NCBI GenBank assembly: GCA_044228445.1
Contig: JBGAUV010000001.1
Coordinates: 79,827-143,826 of the forward strand
Reading direction: 5' to 3'
DNA length: 64,000 nt
DNA from: Minisyncoccia bacterium
GTDB taxonomy: Bacteria; Patescibacteriota; Minisyncoccia; Phycocordibacterales; PALSA-1337
The position numbers and the translations under genes are program-made. Of this stretch, positions 48,079 to 58,773 are shown in pieces; position 1 is the stretch's first letter; each line of letters begins with the position of its first letter. The notes beneath the pieces were generated by a model. That model worked only from the letters and a program-made list of their open reading frames with translations, was not told the DNA's origin and ran no database searches.

Positions 48079-49539
48079 ATGTCTAAAGATGAAGTAATAA
48101 TAAGGTTTGAAGATGTGAGTTTTGAATACGGGCAAAATAAACCTATACTTGAAGAGGTCAATTTTTCTGTTCGTAAGGGTTCAAAAATCACAATAATGGG
48201 ACAAAATGGTGCTGGAAAAAGTACCATATTCAAACTCATAACTAAAGATCTAAAACCAGAAGAGGGTAGTATACATATTGGTAATGGAATTAGTATTGCA
48301 ATATCAAAACAGGTTATACCTAGAGAATATCTCGATCTTTCTATTAGAGATTTTTTCCAAAAGAGTTTTAAAGATAAAGTCTATGATATTGATCCTAGGA
48401 TTGATGAAGTTTTGGAAGTTGTAAACTTACACGCTCCACACGATAGAATAGTAAGAAGTTTTTCAGGAGGACAACAAGCTAGATTACTTCTTGCTTCAGC
48501 GATAATTCAAAACCCAGATATATTACTTTTAGATGAGCCTACAAATAACCTTGATAAATCAGGCATAGCCCACCTAACTGATTTTATAAAAAACTATAAA
48601 AAAACTTGTTTGGTAATTTCTCATGATGCTGATTTTCTTAATTCATTTACAGATGGAGTTCTATACTTAGATGTATTTACTAGAAAAGTAGAACAATATG
48701 TTGGAAACTATTTTAATTTATTAAAAGAAATATCAGCCAGAATAGAAAAAGAAAATAGAAAGAATGCTCAACTAGCAAAAGAGATACAAGAAAATAAAGA
48801 TAAAGCCAATTTCTTTTCAAATAAAGGAGGACAAATGAGATTGGTGGCAAAAAGGATGAGAGAAAAAGCAGAAGAGCTTGAAGAAGAAAAAGTCGATGTT
48901 AGAAGAGAAGATAAAACAATAAGACCATTTATAATTCCAGTACAAAAAGACTTGGTAGGGGAGATAATAAATATTTCTTCATATAAAATTTCAGATCCAA
49001 AAACACATAAGATAATAAATAGAAAAACAGATAAAAAATTAAATAGAAATAATCATTTATTATTAAAAGGACCGAACGGTATTGGTAAAACAACACTACT
49101 AGAATCAATAGCAACAGGTAGTGCTAGTGGTTCAAAAATAGCCGATGGTATAAAGGTTGGTTACTATAGACAAGATTTTTCTACACTAGATTTTAATGAC
49201 ACTGTATACAATTCTCTATGGAAAGCTATGGAGAAACCAAATGAAGAAGAAATGAGAAGTATAGCTGCAGGTTTCCTTATAACCTCAGAAATTATAAAAA
49301 CAAAAATTGGAGATTTATCAGAAGGGCAAAAAGGTCTAGTTGCTTTTGCTAGATTGGTTCTTGAAAGACCTGGTTTGCTTATACTAGATGAGCCAACAAA
49401 CCATATAAATTTCAGACATTTACCAATTATTGCAGAAGCACTTCATAAATATGAGGGAGCAATGATAATAGTAAGTCACGTACCAGAATTTATAGAAAAG
49501 ATAAGGATAGATGATGTTTTAGATTTGGAGGGGAAATAA
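48079..49539 (+). CDS. ABC-F family ATP-binding protein
   Basis: Two NBDs (GQNGAGKS/SGGQ/DEPTNNLD; GPNGIGKT/LSEGQ/DEPTNH), no TM domain. Confidence 0.88.
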   Translation: MSKDEVIIRFEDVSFEYGQNKPILEEVNFSVRKGSKITIMGQNGAGKSTIFKLITKDLKPEEGSIHIGNGISIAISKQVIPREYLDLSIRDFFQKSFKDKVYDIDPRIDEVLEVVNLHAPHDRIVRSFSGGQQARLLLASAIIQNPDILLLDEPTNNLDKSGIAHLTDFIKNYKKTCLVISHDADFLNSFTDGVLYLDVFTRKVEQYVGNYFNLLKEISARIEKENRKNAQLAKEIQENKDKANFFSNKGGQMRLVAKRMREKAEELEEEKVDVRREDKTIRPFIIPVQKDLVGEIINISSYKISDPKTHKIINRKTDKKLNRNNHLLLKGPNGIGKTTLLESIATGSASGSKIADGIKVGYYRQDFSTLDFNDTVYNSLWKAMEKPNEEEMRSIAAGFLITSEIIKTKIGDLSEGQKGLVAFARLVLERPGLLILDEPTNHINFRHLPIIAEALHKYEGAMIIVSHVPEFIEKIRIDDVLDLEGK

Positions 49540-49671
49540 GGTTTAAATACTTCATTAAAACTTTAGAATTTTATATATGATCGAAGACCTAAATTATCAA
49601 AATAAATATCAAAGTCAATTTAAAATAATTTTACCCAAACATGACTAAATCTGGTATATTGTATAGACAAA

Positions 49672-51540
49672 ATGTCTGATTTTATAAAGATAATAAAGAA
49701 ATACATAGGCTTAACAGCTATAGTTACTATACTAGGCTTAGCTTCAAATGGCCTTGCTTTATACGTACCAGTACTATCTGCAAAGATAATTGATAATACA
49801 GGAAGTATAAAAAGCCTTTCATATTTTGCTTGGTCAAATAATTTAACTATAGTTTTAGTATTTGCTTTACTATCTTTTATACTCGCTATAATACAGATAT
49901 ATAGTTCGACTTTTTTCTCAGAAAAAGTTGCTTCGGACTTGAGACATAATCTAATAAATAAAATATCAAATCAATCATTTATTTATATATCAAGTCTAAC
50001 TCCAGGAAGACTTATGACTATTCTTACTTCAGATATTGATGCAGTAAAGAATGTAATATCTCAAGGTTTAGTTACACTACTTGGTGCCATCATTACTCTT
50101 TTAGGAAGTGCAGTTCTTTTATTAACTATAAATGTGCGTTTAGCTATTTATACAATACTAGTAATACCATTATTAATTGTAACTATTGGTCTTATATTCG
50201 GTACACTTACAAAGTTATTTAGACAAGGTCAAGAAAATTTAGAAAAAATAAATTCAATTATAAATGAAACCATTATCGGTTCAGGTTTAATTAGAGTTTT
50301 GCATTCAATAACTTCAGAGATAAATAAATTTAGAATAGCCAATACAAAATCTCGTGATATAGGTCTTGGAATTGTAAAAAATATTTCAGCACTCATTCCC
50401 GCTATAAGTCTTTTAGCAAATATTGTTACGATGATCATATTGTATTTTGGTGGAAAACAAGTAATACTCGGCACTCTTTCAATTGGAAGTTTCAGTGCAT
50501 TTCTATCATATTCAGCTATGTTTATTTGGCCACTCTTTGTATTATCTTTTGTAGGTACATCTATATCAAGAGGAGGAGTTTCATTAAAGCGTATTAATGA
50601 AGTTATAAATTCTGAAGTAAAACAAGAACAAGGTAAAAATATATCAAAGATAAAAGGGGATATAGAATTCAAAAATGTAAGTTTAGTATATAAAGATCAA
50701 AATGAAAGTGAAAAAACAGTTTTGAAAGATATTAGTTTTAAAATAAAATCAGGAACAAAAAATGCAATACTAGGTCCAACTGCAGGAGGAAAGACTCAGA
50801 TTTTCTATTTAATTTCAGGTTTGGTTAGCCCAAATAATGGAGAAATACTTATTGATGGGGAACCTATGACTAGCTATAAGACTAGTGAATTACTTTCAAA
50901 TATAGGTCTGGTTTTTCAAGACAGTATAGTTTTCAATACTAGCTTTAGAGACAATATTGCTTTTTCACTTAAGACTACAAATGAATCACTTGATAAGGCA
51001 ATAAATACTGCAGAACTCGATGAATTTGTAAAAACACTACCAAATGGCCTAGATACTATGATTAGTGAAAGAGGAACTAGTTTGTCCGGAGGTCAAAAAC
51101 AAAGATTGATGTTGGCTAGGGCTTTAGCAATAAATCCTACAATACTTTTACTAGATGACTTTACTGCAAGAGTTGATGCAAATACAGAAAAATCTATTTT
51201 AAATAATGTTGCTAATAATTATAAAGATGTAACACTTGTTTCAATTACTCAAAAAGTTGAACCTATAAAAAACTATGACAATATTATAGTTATTATGGAA
51301 GGGGAAGTTGTAGCTCAAGGAAAACATGAAGATCTATTGAAGAATTCTTTTGAATATAGACAAATATACGAATCTCAAATGTCTACAGAAAATATAGAGA
51401 AAGAAATAAAACAAAATGATATAGCACTAGATAAAAAATCAAAGATAAATAAAAAGGTAAATAATAAAGTTACAATGACTAAAACAAAAGGCATAGCCAA
51501 GACTTCTGTAAAAACAAATAAATATGATAAAAAAACTTAG
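49672..51540 (+). CDS. ABC exporter, TMD+NBD subunit
   Basis: 6 TM; GPTAGGKT, LSGGQKQR, degenerate LLDDFT. Confidence 0.9.
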   Translation: MSDFIKIIKKYIGLTAIVTILGLASNGLALYVPVLSAKIIDNTGSIKSLSYFAWSNNLTIVLVFALLSFILAIIQIYSSTFFSEKVASDLRHNLINKISNQSFIYISSLTPGRLMTILTSDIDAVKNVISQGLVTLLGAIITLLGSAVLLLTINVRLAIYTILVIPLLIVTIGLIFGTLTKLFRQGQENLEKINSIINETIIGSGLIRVLHSITSEINKFRIANTKSRDIGLGIVKNISALIPAISLLANIVTMIILYFGGKQVILGTLSIGSFSAFLSYSAMFIWPLFVLSFVGTSISRGGVSLKRINEVINSEVKQEQGKNISKIKGDIEFKNVSLVYKDQNESEKTVLKDISFKIKSGTKNAILGPTAGGKTQIFYLISGLVSPNNGEILIDGEPMTSYKTSELLSNIGLVFQDSIVFNTSFRDNIAFSLKTTNESLDKAINTAELDEFVKTLPNGLDTMISERGTSLSGGQKQRLMLARALAINPTILLLDDFTARVDANTEKSILNNVANNYKDVTLVSITQKVEPIKNYDNIIVIMEGEVVAQGKHEDLLKNSFEYRQIYESQMSTENIEKEIKQNDIALDKKSKINKKVNNKVTMTKTKGIAKTSVKTNKYDKKT

Positions 51541-53320
51541 TTATGAATTAAATAAAAATGAAGAAACAAATCCTAAAGGAGGCGTTGTTTCTGTTTGGGT
51601 AAGTTTGAAAGAATTTTCAAAATTTCTTGATGGAGATTTATTAAATTTAATTTATGCTTTTATTTTAATAATAATAAACTCCGCTGCAAATGTTATAACT
51701 CCTTTTATAATTGCTTATGCACTAGATAACTACATAAATAAAGGAGATTTATCTGGTCTAGGTAAGGTGTTGCTATGGTTACTGGTCATGTACATCATTA
51801 CTATAATTGTTGGATATGGACAAGGAATGATGGTTGGTCACATATCACAAAGAACACTTTTTAGACTAAGACAAGCACTTTTTGAAAAATTACAAGATTT
51901 ACCAATAGCATTTTTCAATCAAAATAAAGCAGGGGATTTAATATCTCGTATAAATAACGATACAGATAAATTGAATCAATTCCTTTCAGAAAGCATAGCT
52001 CGTTTTGTGGGAAGCTTTTTTTCAATACTTGGTATAGCAATATTTGTTCTATATATAAATTTCAAACTTGGTTTGGTAATGCTTTCTTCTGTTTTATTTT
52101 TAATTATTATTACGAAACTATTATCCCCTTGGATAGAAAGACAAAATAAGAAAAATCTAATAGCTATTGGTTTATTATCTGCTTCTCTACAAGAAAATAT
52201 AAATAATTTTAGAGTAATAATTGCATATAATAAAAGAGAATATTTCAGATCTCATTTGGAAGAAATGAATAAGACGACATTTAAAACTGCTTTTATTTCT
52301 GATACTGCTAATAGAGTATTTGAACCAATATACGATTTTGCAGGTAGTGTTGCACTTATATTAGTGCTTTCTTTCGGTCTATACTTGGTTTCTGGTGGAA
52401 GTTTAACAATAGGCTTATTGGTAGCTTTTGTAAGCTATACACAAAAGTTTTATGATCCACTACGTATTCTTGCAACAATATTTGGTTCAATACAACTTTC
52501 TGTAGCAGCTTGGTCACGTATAAGAGAAATATTTGCTTTAGAGAATAATATACAAACAAATAAAAAGAATGAAGTTTCAAATATAAAAGATATTGATAAT
52601 AAAATAATATTAAAACTTGATGATGTAAGTTTCAAATATGAAGGAGGAGAAAATGTAATTGAAAATGCTAATTTAAACTTTGAAATAGGGAAGACATATG
52701 CACTAGTTGGACCAACAGGAGGCGGTAAATCAACATTGGCAAGCATAATGTCTCATCTTTATGAACCAAGTAGCGGTAAGGTCTATTTAAATGGAAAACC
52801 TATGTCTTTTTATTCCAATGAAGAAAGAGCAAGTATGGTAACTGTTATACTACAGGATCCAATTCTTTTCTCTGGAACTGTCTTAGATAATATTAAATAT
52901 GGTAATAAAAAAATAGAAAATTTAAATGAAATTGAAATAGAAAATCTTTTAGTAGATAAAGGTTTTAAAGAAGTAGTTGAACGTTTTTCTAAAGGTTTGA
53001 AAACTGAAATAAATCAATCAGGGGGAGGATTGAGTATTGGTCAAAAGCAACTCATATCATTTATGCGAGCGGTATTACGTGAACCGAACTTACTTATACT
53101 TGATGAAGCTACAGCAAATATCGATACTATAACTGAAGTAATTTTGAATAAAACTCTATATAGTTTACCAAAACATACTACAAAAATTATTATTGCTCAT
53201 AGATTAAATACTATAAAAGAAGCTGATGAAATTATGTTTGTAAATGGACACCATGTAAAACCAGCAGGGAGTTTTGAAAACGCTATAAAACTAATAGAAA
53301 ATTCTAAGAGAAATAGTTAA
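51524..53320 (+). CDS. ABC exporter, TMD+NBD subunit (heterodimer partner)
   Basis: 6 TM; GPTGGGKS, LSIGQKQL, LDEATANID, IAHRL. Confidence 0.9.
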   Translation: MIKKLSYELNKNEETNPKGGVVSVWVSLKEFSKFLDGDLLNLIYAFILIIINSAANVITPFIIAYALDNYINKGDLSGLGKVLLWLLVMYIITIIVGYGQGMMVGHISQRTLFRLRQALFEKLQDLPIAFFNQNKAGDLISRINNDTDKLNQFLSESIARFVGSFFSILGIAIFVLYINFKLGLVMLSSVLFLIIITKLLSPWIERQNKKNLIAIGLLSASLQENINNFRVIIAYNKREYFRSHLEEMNKTTFKTAFISDTANRVFEPIYDFAGSVALILVLSFGLYLVSGGSLTIGLLVAFVSYTQKFYDPLRILATIFGSIQLSVAAWSRIREIFALENNIQTNKKNEVSNIKDIDNKIILKLDDVSFKYEGGENVIENANLNFEIGKTYALVGPTGGGKSTLASIMSHLYEPSSGKVYLNGKPMSFYSNEERASMVTVILQDPILFSGTVLDNIKYGNKKIENLNEIEIENLLVDKGFKEVVERFSKGLKTEINQSGGGLSIGQKQLISFMRAVLREPNLLILDEATANIDTITEVILNKTLYSLPKHTTKIIIAHRLNTIKEADEIMFVNGHHVKPAGSFENAIKLIENSKRNS

Positions 53321-53325
53321 TAAAT

Positions 53326-53423
53326 AAAAAAAGAGGGTACAAGTTTCCTTGTTCCTCTCGTTCCCCCAGATCCGTACACACGACAACGGATCTGAGTGAT
53401 GTCGCAACCACAAGGCTACAACA
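53326..53423 (-). ncRNA. Candidate three-hairpin sRNA F
   Basis: TTGACA(53456)-16-TATAGT; hairpins 53400-53423 and 53367-53394; terminator 53326-53358. Confidence 0.6.
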
Positions 53424-53516
53424 ATAATACTATACACTATATAAGATTTTTGTCAATACTAATCAAGAATTTGAAACAAAAGAGTATTTAATATAAAGTT
53501 GTAACAGGAGGTACAA

Positions 53517-54215
53517 ATGAAATTTCAGCTAGGATCAAAACCCAGAACAACTGAAGAATGGGAACAGTTTTTTGTTGATCGTAGGGCACTATGGAGGAGA
53601 GAAAGAGGCCAACCTCATATAGAGGTTAAGTGCTTTAGTGGTGGAGACCAACAGCATATTGCAACGTATTTTAACTCCCAAGTCCTTATTGGGGATAATA
53701 CTTTACATGAAATTGCAAGAGATATTATTCTTCAACAATACGGTGGACCAAGTTGGGTACCAGTATACAATGCAAATAAACTCATAGGGTCAGAATCCAG
53801 AGGAGTTCCTTTATTTATAAATGCAGTTGCTCAATTTATAACATGTCTGAGGAGTAGTGGGATTAGTGATTTAACCTTTTCACTTGTTAAAAAAAATAAA
53901 AAGACTGGCCAATTTACAACTGTTGGTCAACCAATTAAGCAAGGCGATAAGGTTATTATTTGTGATGATGCGATATTCACAGGTTCTACTTTATCGTTAA
54001 TGATTGATTATGTTCAAGAACAAGGCGGAATTGTTCTTTGTGTTCTGGTAATTTTTAACGGCGCGAAATTTGATGGTATAGGTGGAGTGCCGATTCACTA
54101 TCTTATTAAGCGTCCAGTAATAACTCACAAAAAACAGACTTGCTCAATTTGTATAAATGGATCTAGGGTGATTACCCATCCAAGAGAAAATTGGGATGAG
54201 CTTTTCAGTGAGTAA
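53517..54215 (+). CDS. Divergent type I phosphoribosyltransferase (PyrE-like)
   Basis: PRPP loop VIICDDAIFTGST; C-terminal CSIC; AGGAGG SD, own promoter and terminator. Confidence 0.7.
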   Translation: MKFQLGSKPRTTEEWEQFFVDRRALWRRERGQPHIEVKCFSGGDQQHIATYFNSQVLIGDNTLHEIARDIILQQYGGPSWVPVYNANKLIGSESRGVPLFINAVAQFITCLRSSGISDLTFSLVKKNKKTGQFTTVGQPIKQGDKVIICDDAIFTGSTLSLMIDYVQEQGGIVLCVLVIFNGAKFDGIGGVPIHYLIKRPVITHKKQTCSICINGSRVITHPRENWDELFSE

Positions 54216-54309
54216 ATTTCCAAAACCACCTTCTTCCGAAGGTGTGTTTTTGTATTTGCGTACAAAATGACACAGTGCTACAATTTTCCCTTAGAAAGGG
54301 GGTGTAATT

Positions 54310-54558
54310 ATGAGTGAAGCTGTTCATTACGGTACTTCAACTCCAAGTACAAAAGGGGATGGAAAGGTCTTGGTTGCATGCCTTATCTGTAACGAACCTT
54401 TGGGAAATATTATTCCTGACCAATTTCCTAAGCATGAATGTGATGTGGATTCGATCTTGTGCGTAAACACAATAGAAATCGCATCTCCATACCCTAATTT
54501 GAATAATGGGGGTCCAGGGTTTGATGGTACATTCAGAAATGGCGACCCCTATGCATAA
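54310..54558 (+). CDS. Small Cys/His orphan protein
   Basis: CLIC...HEC; promoter TTGCGT...TGcTACAAT, purine-rich SD, hairpin after stop. Confidence 0.55.
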   Translation: MSEAVHYGTSTPSTKGDGKVLVACLICNEPLGNIIPDQFPKHECDVDSILCVNTIEIASPYPNLNNGGPGFDGTFRNGDPYA

Positions 54559-54629
54559 TGGTCACCAAAAAAACGAAACCGCTGTTGATATTTTTTGACA
54601 GCGTGTTTTTTTATTTAAATAAATTAAAA

Positions 54630-55841
54630 CTATTCATACCTCAAAGCTTCAATAGGATTTAGATTTGAAGCACGTCTAGCAGGGTAATAACCAAAAACAA
54701 TACCAATAAAAGCAGAAACACCGAAAGCAAGGAAAATAGAAGATATGGATATAGAGGTTTGAATAATACCAAGACTTGAAACAATAAGAGCAACACTAAT
54801 ACCAAGTATTACCCCAATAATTCCTCCGATAAATGTCAGAGCAATAGCTTCAGCCAAAAACTGTTGGCTAATATCGCTTTTTCTAGCACCAATAGCTTTT
54901 CTCAAACCAATTTCACGAGTTCTTTCTGTAACAGTAGTAAGCATCATATTCATAATTCCAATTCCACCAACTACAAGAGATATGCTTGCTATAGCAGATA
55001 AAAATAATGTAAAAGCAGTTGTAATAGAAGTTAAAGCACCCAAAATATCAGCTTGAGATATAATTGAAAAATCCGCTTCATCTACTCTATGTTTTTCTAT
55101 AAGTAAGGAAGTTGCTTGAGCTTGTATACCAGGCATATCATCTTTATTTGTAACACTAACTGCAATAGATGAAAGATAGTCAACACCAGTAAGAATTTTT
55201 TGCATAGTAGAAAGTGGAACAAAAACCATATCATCTTGATTTGCAAAACCTGCTCCACCTTTTGCTTCAAGAATTCCTATAACCTTAAACACTACACCAT
55301 TTACTCTAACAGTTTTTCCAAGGGCTTCATCTTCACCAAAAAGATCTTTTGCCACAGTTGGTCCTAAAACAGCGACTTTTGAAAGGCTATTCATTTGATT
55401 TTCATTAAAGAATGAACCATAACCTGTCTTCATATTTCTAATTACATAATAGTCGGGAACTGTACCTATTACAGTTGAATTGGTATTATTTCCTACACCT
55501 GATACTATCTGAAATCTTCTATCTAGTTCGGGAGCAACTAAAGATACGCCCTCGATAGATTTTATAACATCTACATCTTCATTTTTTAGACTTTGTGCAG
55601 CACCTCTACCTGAAGAAACAATGCCTCTTCCGGGTTGTAGAGCTCCTGGATAAATTGTTAAAAGATTTGAACCTAAACCTTCAATGCTGGATTGAATAGA
55701 CGATTGTGCGCCTTGTCCTATTGAAACCATAGCAATAACAGAACCAATTCCAATTATTATTCCAAGCATAGTAAGACCAGATCTTACTTTATTGGATGAT
55801 AGGGCGGTGTATGTTTCGTGTAATATATCAAATGTTGTCAT
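54630..55841 (-). CDS. MacB-like ABC permease
   Basis: RSGLTMLGIIIG, GGIGIMNMML, ERTREIGLRKAIGA, PIEALRYE. Confidence 0.92.
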   Translation of the reverse strand: MTTFDILHETYTALSSNKVRSGLTMLGIIIGIGSVIAMVSIGQGAQSSIQSSIEGLGSNLLTIYPGALQPGRGIVSSGRGAAQSLKNEDVDVIKSIEGVSLVAPELDRRFQIVSGVGNNTNSTVIGTVPDYYVIRNMKTGYGSFFNENQMNSLSKVAVLGPTVAKDLFGEDEALGKTVRVNGVVFKVIGILEAKGGAGFANQDDMVFVPLSTMQKILTGVDYLSSIAVSVTNKDDMPGIQAQATSLLIEKHRVDEADFSIISQADILGALTSITTAFTLFLSAIASISLVVGGIGIMNMMLTTVTERTREIGLRKAIGARKSDISQQFLAEAIALTFIGGIIGVILGISVALIVSSLGIIQTSISISSIFLAFGVSAFIGIVFGYYPARRASNLNPIEALRYE

Positions 55842-55848
55842 ATTTTTA

Positions 55849-56565
55849 TTATAAATCAGAATACTTGGCTATCATCTTTGTTTTATTCTTTTTGTCTTCA
55901 ATGATATTGCCGTCTTTAATAAATATTATTCTATCTGCATGCAAAGCCACATCGTGTTCGTGAGTAATAAGTATTATAGTTCTACCTTGCTTTTCATTTA
56001 GTTCTTGAAATGTTGCCAATACAGTTTCTCCAGTTCTTGTATCCAAGTTTCCAGTTGGTTCATCAGCAAGTATTAGTCTAGGGTTATTTACTAAAGCTCT
56101 TGCAATAGCAACACGTTGTATTTGTCCTCCAGAAAGTTCATTAGACATATGATTAAAATGTGTTTCTGGTAGTCCTACTGAATGCAAAGCTTTTTCTGCT
56201 CTTTGTTCTCTTTCAGTTTCTGGTACACCTGCATAAACAAGAGGGAGTACTACATTTCTTATCACGCTTGTTCTTGGTAAAAGGTTAAATGCTTGAAAAA
56301 CGAAACCAATCATATTTCTTCTTATATCAGCTAGTTCATCATCGGATAGTTTAGACAAATCTTTTCCATCTAAATAATATTTTCCTGTTGTTGGTGTATC
56401 AAGTGCTCCAAGTATATGCATAAGAGTAGATTTACCGGATCCTGATGGTCCCATGATTGCAACAAATTCTCCTTCTTTAATTTCAAAATCCACACCCTTC
56501 AGTGCTTTGAAACCTTTATCACCAACACTGTTATATGTTTTTGTTACGTTCTTTATTTCTATCAT
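55849..56565 (-). CDS. MacB/LolD-like ABC ATPase
   Basis: [32 protein letters not shown]. Confidence 0.93.
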   Translation of the reverse strand: MIEIKNVTKTYNSVGDKGFKALKGVDFEIKEGEFVAIMGPSGSGKSTLMHILGALDTPTTGKYYLDGKDLSKLSDDELADIRRNMIGFVFQAFNLLPRTSVIRNVVLPLVYAGVPETEREQRAEKALHSVGLPETHFNHMSNELSGGQIQRVAIARALVNNPRLILADEPTGNLDTRTGETVLATFQELNEKQGRTIILITHEHDVALHADRIIFIKDGNIIEDKKNKTKMIAKYSDL

Positions 56566-56576
56566 TAAGTTTTTTA

Positions 56577-58250
56577 TTATCTTCCTACTCTTACTGAACC
56601 ACTCTGTGCACCTCTTTGTCCTCCAAATATATTTGCTGCACTAGGGGTAGCTTTTTTAACTGCAGTACCAGTAGTTGTTCTTATAACTATAATATCATCG
56701 AGTTTAAGACCAGATAATACTTCTGTTTCAGTATCATTTGTAATTCCTATTTCTATATTTTGTTGTCTAGGTGGTGTACTTGATACAACAGGTGATCCAC
56801 CTTTTGTAGTAGCAGGGTATTGTTTATCAAATGTTAATACATAAGATATTTTATCTTTTGTTTTTATTGCGCTATTTGGAATAGTTAAAACATTTTCTTT
56901 TGTATTTGTAATTATTTCTGCACTAACACTCATTCCAGGCTTTATTCTAGGATCCTGATTATTAAGAGTAATTTCAACACCATATGTAACAACTCCTTGA
57001 TTCATTGTCCCCACCAAGTCAATTTTAGTAACTATTCCATCAATAAATAAATCATTTATAGCGTCAAAGCTCAGTTTTACTTTTTGTCCCACACTAACTT
57101 TTGCTGCATCTACTTCATTTAGTGATACTGTCGCTATTTGATTCTTGGTAGTAAATGTTACCACAGCTCCACTTGCTGTATCACCCTTTTTAACATTTAT
57201 TTTCGAAACGATTCCATCAAAAGGTGCTTTTACAAAATAATTTTGATAATCATATTCCTTTTGTCTCAAATTTAATGCTTCAGTTTGTATATCAAGTGTA
57301 TCAGCACCTCTTTCCAATTTTAACAATGCTTCATTCTTTTCATTCAAATCTAGTTTGGTACTTGATATTGAATCTTTTGCACTTGTTAAACTATTTAAAT
57401 CAGATGTTATGGTACTAGACCAAGATACTAGATCTGATATTGCTGTACTTGCTCCGGTCTGGTTTTGTGAGCTACCGTTTTGTTTTAAATAATCTGCTGC
57501 TGATTTTGCATCTTTAAGTGCTTGAGCTATATCTTTTGCAACAAGATAGCTATCACTTACTATTTTTTCTATATCATCCTTTGAACTGCTCGTATTCAGT
57601 TTTTTATATGTTTCAAGAACAATATCATACCTAGTCTTTGCTCTTATATAACTTATTTTTGCATTATTTCTAAATTGTGATTCTGTTGTAGAATAAGTTT
57701 TTTCATCACTTAAAAATCCTCCACCACCATTTAACATAGAATCTAAACCATTCATGATAGTAGGGGAGTCTATGAATGTACTTACTACACTTGTATAACC
57801 ATCTCCATAAGCTTTTTTATTTGCATCCTTTGCACTCTCTAAAGCATTTTGAGTTTGAAGTAGTGTAACTGTATCAGCTGGTTTAACCAATTTTTGATAT
57901 GCCAAACGTGCGCTCTGCAGTGCTATTTCTGCATTCCTAGAATCGAGTTGTATTATTGTTTGTCTGGCTTTTACTTCATCACCTTCCTTTACTGGTATGT
58001 TTATCACTTCCGCTGTAACCTTTGATTTTAGGTCTATTTGATTTGAAGTAGAAATCTGTCCTGTTCCAGTTACTGTTGAATATATATTGCCAGTTTTTAC
58101 TGTACCTAAATAATATTGATTTTGTGTTGTGCTACCTGATAAAGAACTATAGGTATAGTAAATTATTAATAAGATTATAATTCCCAAAAATATGGATTTC
58201 TTCTTATTATCTTTTACTAACCTTTTAATGTTTACAATGTGTTTTTTCAT
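56577..58250 (-). CDS. MacA-like membrane fusion/adaptor protein with long coiled coil
   Basis: N-terminal TM, VKEGDEV, KAPFDGIV, IKPGMS, EVLSGL. Confidence 0.88.
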   Translation of the reverse strand: MKKHIVNIKRLVKDNKKKSIFLGIIILLIIYYTYSSLSGSTTQNQYYLGTVKTGNIYSTVTGTGQISTSNQIDLKSKVTAEVINIPVKEGDEVKARQTIIQLDSRNAEIALQSARLAYQKLVKPADTVTLLQTQNALESAKDANKKAYGDGYTSVVSTFIDSPTIMNGLDSMLNGGGGFLSDEKTYSTTESQFRNNAKISYIRAKTRYDIVLETYKKLNTSSSKDDIEKIVSDSYLVAKDIAQALKDAKSAADYLKQNGSSQNQTGASTAISDLVSWSSTITSDLNSLTSAKDSISSTKLDLNEKNEALLKLERGADTLDIQTEALNLRQKEYDYQNYFVKAPFDGIVSKINVKKGDTASGAVVTFTTKNQIATVSLNEVDAAKVSVGQKVKLSFDAINDLFIDGIVTKIDLVGTMNQGVVTYGVEITLNNQDPRIKPGMSVSAEIITNTKENVLTIPNSAIKTKDKISYVLTFDKQYPATTKGGSPVVSSTPPRQQNIEIGITNDTETEVLSGLKLDDIIVIRTTTGTAVKKATPSAANIFGGQRGAQSGSVRVGR

Positions 58251-58374
58251 ATATTTATTACATTATAACATTTTGAATTGAGATTTTGTTACTCATTTTA
58301 TTAACAAAAGACTAATCGCGAACTTTCAGGTTTATATTGACACAATACTATTTATTATGCTATAATATAAAAGT

Positions 58375-58773
58375 ATGCGATCTTCGATTTTTACCTTTGT
58401 CCTCATCCTTGGTCTTTTGACTCAAGGGTGCGGGACATCTGGCTTTATGGCCAGACAGAACTGGGGTGCACGGATGCCCCTAGATCCCATTGGGGCATCC
58501 AGCTTGCCCGAAACTCGGGCAAGCTACTACTCCCGATTCGTCGGACCCGATGGTCGGGAGGAGGTGCACCAATCTACGTACCGTCAGGACGTTTATACGT
58601 CCTACGGTATCAACAGGTCTGGAGGACTTGTCCCTCAGACTGTGGTGGTGGAGTCTCAGTATGAGACCCACTACACAAACAATATACCAAGGTACTATGG
58701 CGTACCTGGGTATATCACGGACCCTCGGGGTCCGAAACCCTCAGTGATATATGGCCCACCAAGGCCTTACTGA
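58375..58773 (+). CDS. GC-rich orphan, putative lipoprotein
   Basis: Signal peptide ending LLTQG-C; promoter TTGACA-18-TATAAT; terminator ATCGAGCGGA/TCCGCTCGAT. Confidence 0.6.
   Translation: MRSSIFTFVLILGLLTQGCGTSGFMARQNWGARMPLDPIGASSLPETRASYYSRFVGPDGREEVHQSTYRQDVYTSYGINRSGGLVPQTVVVESQYETHYTNNIPRYYGVPGYITDPRGPKPSVIYGPPRPY

Noticed and set aside
58428-58747. Alternative overlapping ORFs in the GC-rich cassette
   Set aside because: Expected from high GC; only the 58375 frame has a promoter-adjacent start, a signal peptide and a stop next to the terminator
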